Assembly: GCA_030141605.1 (NCBI GenBank)
Contig: JAQGDQ010000008.1
Location: 1,054,001-1,118,000, forward strand
Reading direction: 5' to 3'
Origin: Tubiluchus corallicola
Lineage: Eukaryota; Animalia; Priapulida
Length of the DNA stretch: 64,000 bases
The notes beneath the pieces were generated by a model. That model was not told the origin of the DNA, searched no databases, and saw only the letters and a program-made list of their open reading frames with translations. Made by a program: the position numbers and the translations under genes. Shown in pieces: positions 14,501-27,046 of this stretch (positions are counted from its first letter, which is position 1; each line of letters opens with the position of its first letter).

Positions 14501-17500
14501 AACAGTGTTAAGAACAAAAAACCGCAAAAATCTGTAACTTAAACTTTCGTTAAGACTAATAACAGACGAACTATGGTTGTAATGGTTATTCCAATAACAG
14601 TTATTATTTGCAAGCGGTAGTGTCATGGATCTAGGGGAATCCACGGGCTGATTTTTCATAATGTCAGGCATCCAGATTTCTACTTTTTAATTCGTGTTAA
14701 CTTGCAAACGCAGTTATCTAGAAATCATCGATTCTTTAAAGGCCTAAAACAAAATGAGTAACACTGAATAATTCTAAAACTACAGTAAGTAGAATCATGA
14801 AACGTGAAGAGTTGGCTAGGGGCTCAGACATGGTAAAACAGGGATTATTTAACACACAAGCCAAAATTATGGTATACTTTTATTTCATACTAACTTGATA
14901 AACGCAGGGGTTAGACACCTGGGGGTAGGACCTTTGATGAAAGTGGTGTGGTGAACGATAGGGGTGAGCATTTTCTACCAGAAGGCGAATCGAATCGATT
15001 TGTGACTCAAATTTGAATCGAACAGAATTTTAGTATTTCAAATTTGAATCGAATTCAAATTGAGGTTGAAAGATTTTCGAACACGTTTTCAAACCACCAG
15101 TAAAAATTAGTCTTACAAAGATCATGCATATTACTCGATTTTGTTCTGCAGTAAAACCACTAATAATTTGTTTAGAATTGTGCACAGAAGTCACAGCTAA
15201 ATTATGCTAATTGCATGATGCTTCAATTGTTATAAAGATAAAGAACATAAGTGATTGAAGTCCTGAATTATACGAAACTATAGTTTTAGGTTCGAATCGA
15301 ATTTGATTCGAACATTCGATGCTCACCCCTAGTGAATGGTGACCTCTGTCAAAGGGTCAAGGACAGCTGTTAATCCATTTATGCCATCTTAAATGCTTCC
15401 TAACTGAGTTAATTTCATTTTAATGCTGCGTTGGCAGTCATTTTGAATGATATTGAAAAACTATTTTTTGATAGGCCATGTGGATTTTTATATCAAATGG
15501 TAATACATTTATGCCATCTTAAATGCCACCAAGATGAGTTGTTCTAACTTTAAAGAAGTGTTGGTGGCAATTTTGAATTTAAAGCACGATAACTTTTTTC
15601 CTCAAAGTGGATTTATAGGGATTTTAAATATGTTGTTCTGTGTTGAGTGTCTGTGCAAAAATTCAGTGATACATTATTTTTATCCGGGTCATACATTTTT
15701 TTTGCCTAATTTAACTGGGCTGAAAGTTAAATTAAAAAGTCCAACAAACTCTGGTTTTCATTGATCATTAATAAATATCATGTATAATATAACATTTCTA
15801 ATGGTTTTCTTGAAGTCTCAATAAAAGGATACAAGATAAACAAAATTTCCTAACTGCTTGCTGGATAAAATCAAATTGTTCATCCCTAAAATCATTTTCT
15901 CGTACCAATTCATCCATCAAATCACACTGAAATGAATAAAATTAACATTAAATAACAATTTCCTTGAGCAGCTGAAAAGTCATTTAAACTTAAGATTTTA
16001 AGTAAAATGAGTGATGTCACTTTCCCTTGGTGTCAGTGAAACAGAAAAACAAACAAACAAATCAACGTTGTGATGAAATGACACCCTCATCACATCACTA
16101 AAAATTCAAATATGCAGTTCATACAATTACAATATGCAATAGTATTCACCCTACCGTGATAACACCACATCATCTATTTTCCATCTAAATGCCAATTTGG
16201 TTAAATGGAGATATCAACATTTATAAAACTATTGTACTTAATTTACGAAAAAGTAATAACATCATTGAGGTCCAGGACTGTTATTTTCTCTTGAAAGTTC
16301 TTATTCTAAGCAATACTTTAGTGAAACCTCTTTCAGCTAAGGACTTTCAGTACCTTTGTAGAAAGTTGACAATAAACAAAAATATGAACGTTTTAACATT
16401 TTTTACCTTTTACATTTATTTGTCCTAAACAGTGTAATAAAATGTAATGTAGTGTAATAGACGACTAGTCTTTTTTGATTAAGCAACAGTCCCAAATCAC
16501 TGTACTAAGAATCAATTTCTCCAGAAAAATTGATGAACTGACAGCAGCATAACTATAATTTTTGAGAAATGCTGCAAAATAATTAGTGAGTCTTACCAAA
16601 GGTAAAATTTTACGATACCTGCAGATGTATCACATTTTTTAAAATCTGCGATTTTTTAATAAAACTATCACAGTTCATCTTTAATTTTTTCTTCATGATT
16701 TCCAAGCTGGCAAAAATCTCTAGGATATAATAATTTACTACACTGCTTGTTCGAAAAAGTATCTAATATCTAACCTACAGGCTACGTCCAATCTCTGCTA
16801 CAAATGTGCAGAATATAATTTTGCATTTGTCTGCTGCTCAAGGGGAATGATCATCAAATAGTTTGTTAGTCATGGTTGCTCTTCTTCTCAACAAAGGGCT
16901 TCTTACCCACAAACCTACAGTTGCTGGACCCACAAGTGTGCACTTAATCACTATAAACTGATGAGAATAAGATCTAAACACTAATACTACATTTACAAGA
17001 TAAAAATAAATTTTCACCTTGGCGACAACAACCACAATAGGTAATCCTACATTCCTCGTCAACAGGTTATCCCCAAATTCAAAATCTTCATCTGCTGTAG
17101 GAGACAAGATCCCTGACCGTCGTCCACTATCCGGGGACTGTGTCAGTGGTTCAACATATTCTTGAAAATGCCGAACAACTGAAAAATATTGATCATCAGT
17201 TATAAAATAAAGATCCTTTTAATAGATATTATAAACTGCTCAATCACAAAAGCAGGAAGATGCAAGTAAATCAAGACTGAACTAAAACAGCAAAACATTT
17301 CAATGAAATTTAGCAAAGCTTTGATATCCATGAATGTTGAAATATTTGGTAAAATTCCAATTATCATTATTATCAAAAAAAGAAAATGATTAAGAGAGAT
17401 GCAAAAGTAGAACAAACTGTTCATTAAGCAGACTTACATTGTCTTAACAATAAACCTTTAAACTAGGAACCTGTGCTGTTCAAGGTTTTTACCCAGAAAA

Positions 17501-20500
17501 TATTAGCTGATATATAACTCAGATATTACGTGACTCGCTTAATCACAAAAGATCTCCTTTGACAAATCAACCAGAAACAACATTGACATTTTTAAATTAT
17601 TATGTTCCGTTTTTTGCTTATTATACTATGCAGATCTTGATTAGAAGTTTTTTTTACCACTAAGATTGGTTACTGCCATTTGGTCTCACTAAATGAGTTT
17701 TTCATAGTTGCCTTAATTATCCTTGAAAATTCATACAAAAATGGAGTTTCTACAAGACAACAACACGCGCAATTTAGTTTTAAAAAATGTCGAAGTTTTT
17801 ACGCTGTTTGAAAACCAGGAAATTCAGGACTTTGGATGTTGTGGTATCATTTGGTATAATCGTTAATATATACTATATTAAAAAATTACCTTTTTAGTGT
17901 TTAACTATTTAAAACATACCTTTGTTTTTGTGCTCTTGTAAAACATTTCTGTCTAATCTCAACTTATCAATGTGATCTTGTAAAATTGTTGCCCAGTTTT
18001 CTAAAGAGTCCATCAAGCTCCAAGGCTGTGCCATGGATGCAGTCAGAATAATCAAAGAGTCTGCAAAGTCGTTTTCTTTCAAGACATATTTCAGAAGATT
18101 TGTGTGATGAGCGTCACCGTCTAATAACCAAGCTCCTAATTTTGTAGTTTCTAAAATGGAAAACATTTTAAAGTAACAAGAACAATACGACAGTAAAGCT
18201 CAGTCTTTCAACATGGAAAAGTTGGTGTTTAGCTGGAGCACTTACTTTAAGTAATGCGAAATTGAAAAATGAAGATTTATGTAAGAAAAGCTGTTGTCTC
18301 ACAGCAATATGAAAAAACTGGTTTAAATAAATGTAGAAAGTTTCCTTCATATAAAAATTAAAGTCGTCTAAACTTTCTACAATCCGAGTGATATAGTAAT
18401 TATAATGCAAAGACTGCTGCAGAAAACAATCATTGGAATACTAATGAGTTATGTATTAAATTACCTATAAGACATCGCCTAAATTACAGCATTAATTCAA
18501 CATCTTACAAAACACATGCACAAATATGAACAGGATTAATGCCAAATTATGTTCTCTTATTAATTTAGAGCATTTCTGTAAGTTGCTTCATGGAAGCAAG
18601 TTTGCATTGCTTTTCCGTTACAAATACACAATAAAATGAGATAGGATGCTAGATGCTGACAACAAAACTACCCAGTTGTTTGTGAGAGCTAAAATTATTT
18701 ATTAATATCTTTATGTACATTCAGATTAGCAAATTCGTGAATGGCGTAATATTTGGCATGACTCAAAAAAGCACAATCCTTTTGATTCTGAAGTTATTAA
18801 GTGAAATTAGCAATTGTACATTTCGTTATTGAGTCACACTTACATCTACTGACTACTGATTCATTAATTATCAGGTACACTGATACAGGTCTTAGACAGT
18901 AACATCATTTATAATGACAAATTTGAAAATGCAATTAGTCACAACAGACGAGTGACATCTGTGGATTTGTATTTTCATAAATTTCTTTCTGTAGAATATG
19001 TGTGCACAAATGTGGGTATCATATGAAATTACACATGTAACATGAAGATGATAATGTACGATGATAAGGAAAAGTGGACCGGAAGGGGGTTGGTCAAGTT
19101 TGCAATGTTTGGCTAAATAGTTGCTACTTAGCATAATAAAAATATCATGACACTTGGTGTGTTTGGTCAATTGTAATAAATTAACTCCTAGCAAGTTCCA
19201 GTGTCACGGTCTGCCCGTTATAAACTGTGCTAACTCTGCAAATCTAGGCGGCAAATTCTTTATGCACTGAATGTATATAATGGTATGGCAATAAAACTCG
19301 AAAATCTTTCCATGTTCCATTATTAACAGGGGTGCCAGGTATCAGGATTTAGATACCCGAAGGAGCAAGATACCAGGTAGCACATTTCACTCATCAATCC
19401 TGCTTACCACACTTGTTATCAAAGATACATTACAATTTACGTTTACTAGCTATAACTTAATAGTTTTTTTATTAAGTAAACAAAAGAACTTTAATGAAAT
19501 ACAGAGTGCAAATGCCAAAAAAGTGAAATTTATGATCGTGATTACACGTGACTAAACAGGCAATATGTGAAACCTTTGCCTGCAATCTGCATATATGGAC
19601 AAGTGACAATAGGTCTGCCTCGCTGAAGTAAACATCAAGTGAACACCAGAAAAAATGATTTGACTTTTTTTTTTATTATTTATTTAGTAAATATATCCAC
19701 AATGATCATTACAGCATTGTACATAAAAGTATTTAATAATATATTTATTATTATGTGTTCAAGATGCCAAGCCGCAAATGACCCGTGGGGTACTCAAGAA
19801 GTAATTACTTGTTTAGAGTACCCCAAATGAATGTGGACTAAGTGTAATAGAAAAGAGCACTAAAGGAATAGAAGAAAGGTTAATAGAAAATAGAAAGAAG
19901 AAGATTTATTCTGTATAATTAGAAAATATTTCATTTTTAAAATTTCTTTTGAAGTTATTTATAGATAAAGAATTTTTTATGTATTCGTTTATGTTATTCC
20001 AAAGTCTAGGGCCAGTGTTAGTGATGAAGTGCCTTGCCGCGTCAGTCCTGCAATACTTAATACAAAATTCGTTAAATCTTGTTGAGTAATGACTTACGTT
20101 AATAGATAATGGGTGTAAAAAGAAAGCTGGGTGAAGTTTATGTTTGGTTTTGTAGATGAACACAGCGGTATTCAGGTTTATTAGATCACTTAGCACTAGA
20201 ATAGAATAATTCTTAAAAAGATTAAGACCTACATGTTCACGCTTGTTCAAATTACCTATCGATCTTATAAATTTACGTTGTAGAGAGTTTAGTTTAACTA
20301 GAGTTGAAGGGTAGGTGTGCCCCCAAAGTATATTACAGTAGGTTAAGTATGGCAGTACTAGACAATTATAAAGAGTGATTAGGTGTTCTTTTGTAAAACA
20401 ATGTTTAACTCGACTGATTAACCCGATGTTTTTAGCAACTTTAGAATGAATCATGTTTAAGTGTGGTTTCCAATCTAGGTGTTCATTTAACATAACCCCT

Positions 20501-23500
20501 AGGAACTTCATTTCACTTACTTGTTCTACAGCATTACCATCAATTTTTATAATACTGTTCATATTTATAGGTTTGTTACGAGCTCTGAATAAAATGTATT
20601 TAGTTTTAGTTGAGTTTAGTGCTAATTTATTGATTTTAAACCAGGCTGTAATTTTACTGAGTTCACTATTAATAATATTAGTGTTAAGTAACTTGCTGCT
20701 GATCTTGAAAAAAATACTTGTGTCATCAGCAAATTGGAAGACCTTTCCATTGTCAGTAATACAGTTTTGTAAGCCATTAATGTATATTAAAAACAACAGA
20801 GGTCCCAAAATAGATCCCTGGGGTACTCCGTGTGTGACTATTGCTTCGTTGGAAAAAACATTGTTACATTTGACTGCTTGAGTTCGATCCTTGAGGTAAT
20901 TAGCAAACCATGAGAATGCGACCCCTCTAATGCCATAGTGGAATAACTTATCTAACAGAATAGCATGATTAACTGTATCAAAGGCCTTAGAGAGATCGCA
21001 AAAAATGCCAATGGCAACAGCATTTTGTTCTAATGAATTAATTACGTTGTTTATTATATTGTTTAAAGTTACTTGACAAATTCTCAAAAATTCTAAATCC
21101 TATCTTGGAAAACACTGCTAAAGCATCATGGTGTGGCATTATTTAAGTATTAAAAATTCAGACTTTTTTAAGGTTTTATGCAAGTCTTACTATGTAGCCA
21201 AGTGAGACAAGACAATTCAATTCAATTTTCTAGCCTTTTTAAATCCGGATCCATAGACTTAGATCTGATCCCCATCCAAATCTGGCAAACATAGATCTGC
21301 TGTGCACCTCTATTATGTTTAAATTCTGATCTAGCTAATTAGGTCAGTTTAAACAGCTGCTGCTGTTGCATAAGTGAGTGCGCATACATCACACCAATAA
21401 AAACTTTGTGGAAAAACTTGGAAAAAACTGCACGCATATTACATAATTTTGCTTTTACTTTGCATATTTTTACTTTTTTCCATTTTTATTATTTTCCTAA
21501 AGTTGGACTTAAGTAGCAGCCAGATTTTTTTGAAGGTTTGTCAAAACAAAAAAATTTGGATAATTAATTAAGTTGCCAAAAGCTAGCATATTCATCAAAT
21601 CCACATACCTCCATATTCATCCTGTACATTAACTACATGATACTCTAATCCAGCACCTTTACGTGGATCCTCCACTCCTTCCAATTTTGCCACAAGTGTT
21701 GTTTTGCCACAATCTGTATTACCTGCAAACCAACACAAAGAACTATCATCAGGTGAGAATTAAGTAAAAAAATGCTGATAATTTTCTTTATTAAATCTCA
21801 TGCAGCAGATGGAAGATCACTAAATTCAGATGTTGAAACAAGAACAGATTTATTTTCAGAGTGATAAAAGACAAGAATTTCCTCACTACATCAATATAGA
21901 GCATAACATCACTAGATCAGTTTAAGAAGAAACTGGGCAAGTACTGGGAAGACCATCCTGCAAAGTTTCACAATCCATTTTACCCCGAGTGGACACTAAA
22001 CATCTTTTTTACTATATTCAACACTTTCTCAACAACAACCTCAAGCTAAACCTTTTCGCTTACCACTGTATCCATAACTTGCCTTCCACATCTAAAATAA
22101 CAACTGCCTCTAGGCAGCACTTCCGCCAGACAGAAAACAATAACAACAGCAAGAGAGAAAAGAATAAATAGAGGAATAACAAGAGAGGAAGCTACATAGG
22201 CTTCACCCTGCCAATCTAAGGTAATACACAAACTATGCAACAGTTTAAACTTTGCAAATAATTTTACATTTTAAAGAATTGCAGAATTAGACTACATACC
22301 TAATATTACAACTGCTTTTCCAGTTGGAAGTTTGCTGTCTCCACTTGTATGCACGTCACTTAATATAGCACTCCTAAAAAATTAAAAATAGCAAATAAAA
22401 TAAGTTTTATCATTACCAGTTGTTAATGAGAATACCATACTCATTTTATTAATCAATGAATACCCGGTAATCATCAGTTGAATAAATGATAGTCTACTGA
22501 AGATGCTAACATAATTTACATCTTCTCCAAGTAAGGAGTACAACTTAAGATGCACCTGTATATGTTCAAAAATTAAATAATTATAAAATTTATAGCTACC
22601 ACATCATTTACTAACATTAGAAACACCACTAAATAAAATTAAATATGTAATATATATAGTACATATGTTATTGTTATGTAGATTAACTATATACTGTTTA
22701 TTGTGTTTTTTCCTTTAACTTTATCACTGTTTTTTGTTTGTTTTTGTAGAAATTGATTTTTTCTTAAGCCTAATCTGTAGTTTTTCTTAGTAATTTTGCA
22801 GCACTTATAGTTTTTATTAATTTAAGAAGGGTCAGCTGGCCTGGGTTTCACTACCCTTTCTCTACCACTTAATCACTTCTTGGTGTATATTTTCTTCCTT
22901 TTCTTTTCATGTAAATTTTGTACGATTAATCAGTTTTGTATTTTATGTAAATCTGCACTAGAAGAGATTAATAAACATGTCTACAGTTTCTCTCTGTCTA
23001 CATTTATACAGGCCATAGATTAAAAAGTAATATAATTCATTAGAAGATGCGCATAAAATCTTCACTACCCAAATAATTTAATCTGTTCAAGTTTTCATCT
23101 GTAAAGTAAAATATGTACAGTTACCACAGTAAAATATGGCATTAAAATAATTTAACAACATTGGTGGGTAAAAAACAAGCAGTTTGTAAGCCACTAAAAA
23201 TAAATGAAATAGCAAATGCTCGAACTAAAATATGTCTTATATTGACACTATTTTAAGAACTGAACAACATAGGGTAATTAGTTTTTAATACAATTACAAG
23301 TTTACAAAAATTGTTAGCTAAATTACAATCCCAGTAATAAGTAGGGACAAATAATAGTTACTAGGCATTTTCACATACAAATAAATTAGCTTAGTGACAA
23401 TAACTACACTGAAAAGAAATTAATCACATTTTATAATAATTACCATATATTTTCATCATCGTGTTCTTCTTTTGAAGAAAATTCCACATTGGTGGTCGCC

Positions 23501-23502
23501 AT
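8524..23502 (-). CDS. DYNC1LI: Cytoplasmic dynein 1 light intermediate chain (DYNC1LI1/2 orthologue), 12 exons, 454 aa
   Basis: Exons 23444-23502, 22300-22373, 21609-21722, 17920-18150, 17018-17178, 15833-15926, 14359-14494, 13902-14013, 13358-13465, 13009-13086, 11032-11131 and 8524-8621 total 1365 nt in frame. Motifs include ENIWSAIL, P-loop [61 protein letters not shown] and the adaptor-binding helix [13 protein letters not shown]. Confidence 0.95.
9320..10256 (+). mobile_element. Non-autonomous Tigger/pogo (Tc1/mariner superfamily) element, copy 1
   Basis: Slightly eroded left TIR (c)agtcgccacttaatagactcac and right TIR gtgattctattaagtggcaactactg followed by TA. The interior aligns with the element at 11457-12509 but lacks the transposase segment. 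Confidence 0.8.
10330..11005 (+). mobile_element. Degenerate 3' end of an L2/CR1-type LINE
   Basis: Translation [16 protein letters not shown] resembles the C-terminus of CR1/L2 ORF2. It is followed by a T-rich UTR and a (taaa)n tail near 10995. Confidence 0.45.
11457..12509 (+). mobile_element. Tigger/pogo internal-deletion derivative, copy 2
   Basis: TA|cagtagtcgccgcttaatagactc ... gagtctattaagcagcaactactg|TA, i.e. ~24-bp TIRs with a TA target duplication. Confidence 0.9.
11877..12272 (+). pseudogene. Truncated CENP-B-like/Tigger transposase N-terminus (two HTH domains, no DDD domain)
   Basis: [79 protein letters not shown]. There is an in-frame stop at 12129-12131 and the catalytic domain is deleted. 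Confidence 0.85.
14495..15832 (-). other. U12-type (minor spliceosome) GT-AG intron of DYNC1LI
   Basis: The 5' splice site is GTATCCTTTT (15832-15823). A branch-site-like TTCTTAAC (14514-14507) lies about 12 nt before the CAG acceptor. Confidence 0.9.
14959..15331. mobile_element. hAT-like MITE
   Basis: Perfect 13-bp TIRs taggggtgagcat/atgctcaccccta, a degenerate 8-bp TSD gtgaacga/gtgaatgg, and multiple subterminal (t)cgaat motifs. Confidence 0.8.
19665..21072 (-). mobile_element. 5'-truncated L2/CR1-clade LINE in a DYNC1LI intron
   Basis: RT ORF, then a 3' UTR with a stem-loop (19786-19825), then an A-rich tail (T-run 19665-19674). A possible short TSD ttgac lies at 19660-19664 and 21073-21077. 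Confidence 0.9.
19906..21087 (-). CDS. LINE ORF2 reverse transcriptase, C-terminal 393-aa fragment
   Basis: [52 protein letters not shown] and GPRLWN, with no internal stops. The endonuclease domain is missing. Confidence 0.9.
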   Translation of the reverse strand: MRICQVTLNNIINNVINSLEQNAVAIGIFCDLSKAFDTVNHAILLDKLFHYGIRGVAFSWFANYLKDRTQAVKCNNVFSNEAIVTHGVPQGSILGPLLFLIYINGLQNCITDNGKVFQFADDTSIFFKISSKLLNTNIINSELSKITAWFKINKLALNSTKTKYILFRARNKPINMNSIIKIDGNAVEQVSEMKFLGVMLNEHLDWKPHLNMIHSKVAKNIGLISRVKHCFTKEHLITLYNCLVLPYLTYCNILWGHTYPSTLVKLNSLQRKFIRSIGNLNKREHVGLNLFKNYSILVLSDLINLNTAVFIYKTKHKLHPAFFLHPLSINVSHYSTRFNEFCIKYCRTDAARHFITNTGPRLWNNINEYIKNSLSINNFKRNFKNEIFSNYTE

Positions 23503-23934
23503 ATTTCATTCACTTATAGAAGTTACGCATTTTCAACACAAGGGGGCAACCAAAGAAAACATGTGATCAATGAGTCATCTGTCCAGCTGATTATTTTGAG
23601 GCTCTTTGACAGCGCTCAGCGGTTGCTCACTGCTCACTGCTTAGTGCTCAGTATGTCGGTTTGTTGTCCAGTGAATATTGGGTGGTTTTGAATAAATGCT
23701 TGATATTCATGTGAATAATGAATTTTGAAATCACATTACAAATATAATGTGCTGTTTTACTTGTGGTTCTTAGAACTATTAGCGAGGGGTGACCCTATAC
23801 TGACTGAGTGTTCTCGACTTCTAGTGCACTGTAATTTGTGTATGGCAGCATGGTGCTCGAAAAAGATGGATGCTCACTTTGCTATTATGGTGTAGCATAT
23901 GCATATTGTTTCCTTAGATAGCTTCCCAGTAAGT
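23503..23934. promoter_or_regulatory. Candidate bidirectional promoter and ZNRF non-coding first exon
   Basis: Lies directly upstream of the DYNC1LI ATG. It has repeated gctca(g/c) motifs at 23613-23652 and a + strand GTAAGT donor at 23929. The ZNRF coding exon has an acceptor at 27014-27015, so an upstream UTR exon is implied. Confidence 0.4.
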
Positions 23935-24149
23935 GCAAGGTTGTTTGCAACTAGTTACTTAGTGAATTAATAAAAGTAATTCATTTTTCCTAATAATTTA
24001 ATAAAGTTTGTGTTTTTTATCAATCATGTTTATCTTACATTCGAGATTCCAAATCCAAGCTAATTTTTCTGCAGGTAAATAGTTGTATACAGCTTGTTGT
24101 CATCGTTCTGTAACTTAATGACTGTGACGTAATGACCTTAATGAAACTT

Positions 24150-24880
24150 AATAACTGAGCTGGTCACATGGCTTTGATCCTGAGCCCTCAATTTGCTTTT
24201 GAAAATACTAACTTTTGGGGCACTAACCACCTCGCCTGACAAGGCATTCCAGCAGAGAGTAACACAAGTGTTAATACGGTAGATTCTCTGGAACAGTTTC
24301 ATCGATTGTCCACGTAGGTCACAGTGGCGATGAGTCGGGAAGCTCAGAAAAAGTCATCTTTATTCAAGATGTCAACTTGTTCAAAATTTTGAAGCAATGA
24401 ATAAGGTCTTTAGTTTTGTGTCTCTGATACAGTAGGGTAATGTCTTTAACTTGTCCGTCAGTCATATTTTCAAATTAAAACAATGACTCTGAATCCGCTG
24501 AAGCTGGTTAATTAGAGTGATGTGCTGTGGTGACCAAGCATCTGCTGCATACTCAAGCTCTGGCCGAACCAATGTTTTATACAATGGGATTATAACTTTA
24601 AAAACCTTGACAAACCCGTTTAATCAAACACGACTGTGTTTGCTGACTTTTCGATCCTAGTTATATGCTTATTCCATTATAAATCCTTAGCCATCCATTA
24701 TAAAACCTTTCACTTCAGTTGGTTGATTAGTTTTGGACCCACAAAGTTTGTATCTGAAATCATGCTTGGGTATAATGCGAAGGACAGAGCACTTAGGTTT
24801 TGGGGTCAATAGGTACAACTCGCACTATACTATTTTTCTACCTGGAATACAATGTTTTGTAGATCGATGAAGTCTCTGTA
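24150..24880 (-). mobile_element. Degenerate CR1-type LINE fragment
   Basis: The minus-strand translation near 24530-24595 gives IIPLYKTLVRPELEYAADAWSP, matching the CR1 LYKxLVRPxLEY motif. The reading frame is broken and the boundaries are approximate. Confidence 0.7.
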
Positions 24881-27046
24881 TATATGTATTGCCTTGTATT
24901 GTATTGATGATTGGCTAATCGTTTTTTGAATTGGAAAACGAAAAACATTCCTGAAATATTTTTTTCGCAAAAGTTACACTCATTATTTTAGGAAAATAAG
25001 ACTTTTGCCAAAATAACCAATTTTTTCATAACTGTGCCTGAACAATGTCTACAAAGAGCTTTTCTGCAGCATATCATTAGCACTTTGATTGAAGATGATC
25101 TGTTGATGTTCTAGAAGTAAGTAAGGTTGTAATTAACAGGGAAACAAGTGGCAGAATGACTACTGTGAGTGAACTGTTGAGATTCAAGCGTCAATGACAA
25201 GAGATAGTGGGACACCCAACGTCTTTCACACAAGTAATTTCTAAGAAGCTTTAATAAGCATCAGACTTTAGATGACAGCCAACTTTAAAGAATTTGCATG
25301 GTTAACCTAAATGTATCTCACAATCAATAATGTACTATGTATAGTATGTAGGTAATAACATAATATTATTTTTCAATCTGTTAAGCTGGTTAAGGTAGCA
25401 GACTACGGCACGAGTCACCAGCCTGGATCTAATTATGCATTCTGTGCAATGTCGAATAGTTTCTTTATCTAAATGGTTTTCGAAAAAAATGGGGGCATCC
25501 TATTCTTTAAGAAATGGCTGTTAGCCAATGACACAAACATATATTAATTAGAAAAAGACCAAACACCCATGTAACGACAGTATATGTTACAGGCATTGTG
25601 TAATGTTTAGATGTATAAATTTCCTAAGCATTTCATTTACATGATTAATTAATTACTGGTATTTTTCTTCCCTTAAAAAAGAGTGTTTGTATATTGTTTT
25701 ATTTGCCTGCCCTTTTCTAATTTAGTGTAAAATCATTTTGTCATTTTAAGCATCGAGTAATTAGGACCATTGGTTGTTTCTGAATGCTCTATGAAACACA
25801 ACTAGAATGGAAGTACTAATGTCCTTGGATCTGGCACGCCTTTTTATCAGTTAATGTGGCGACAACACCAACAATAATGTGACCAAACTTTGAGGATCAC
25901 ACATTTTGTACCAAATCCAAAAACACATCGCTTCTGCAGCAAATAGCACATGAATGAAACAATGATGTAATCTCAATGTCTGTAAGCTTGAAATGCTAGT
26001 TACCTATGCTAACACTCAAATTTGCAAGTGCATAAAACTTATTTCGAACAGTCTCTGGAACAAAAATTGCATCAAAACAATTGACCATTTGTTTTACTTT
26101 CACACTATCTAAAAGTTTATTCAACACTTTATAAAAAAATGCCTAGGAAAAGTATATTAGAAGCAATGGGCTTACGTTCTTGATGCTTCACCCAATAAAA
26201 CTTTTGTATAATGTATAATGTCTAGGAAAAGTGTAGAAGAAATTACTTTAGACAATTTACCTGGCTTCTTTAGGCTTCTAGAGAATGCCGGTTTCACACT
26301 TTGCCTGTAACTTTATACACTAAGCAGCATAGCATTGCGAAACGGATGTATACTTCACTTTTCTACACTAAAAAGAAACAAGCTCATCTTGGTCTCATTT
26401 ATTTTTTTATGGTTTGGAGCTGCAGCTAGTATATAGCTTTCATTTTGTTAATGACTGTAGCAAGACTGACATCTTGAATCTTATTCATGATACTCCTAAA
26501 GAACCTTAAGGAACACCAGCATTAATGTTTTACATAGAAGACTGCTTTAAACAACTTGGGACTTGCTATTGTTGAGATATGACGATGACGTATTATAGTA
26601 GACAGAGTACTGCCACCTACGCTGCATGATTGAAATTTACTGGGCTGCTAGACCTTGTCGTAAATTTGGATACCCTAAAGACTACTAACCTGGCTTGTAA
26701 AGAGGTTGCCTTAGTAATAAGGCCAAGTTGAATAATCCCACTGAACAAAATTTTTAAGCATTCTGTGTTCTAATTTATCAAGAATACCAGTTATTTTTAA
26801 AATACATCTCATTTATTTTGGAGTGCAATAATGAAACATGCTTAGTTGTTTTGTCAGGACCCAAGGAGTAATCAGGCTTGCATGGTTTTAGTAAACTGTT
26901 TTGTCACGTCGAATGAAGGACAAGCAATAATTGAGAATCTGCTAAACTAAATGTAATTTAATTTGTTACATTATAATTTGCAGCACTAACTTATCTTATC
27001 ATTTGTTTTAAATAGACTCCTGTGCCTGACAAGGATCTCAAAAATT

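Noticed and set aside
20453-20881. 142-aa + strand ORF
   Set aside because: It is the antisense shadow of the LINE RT ORF.
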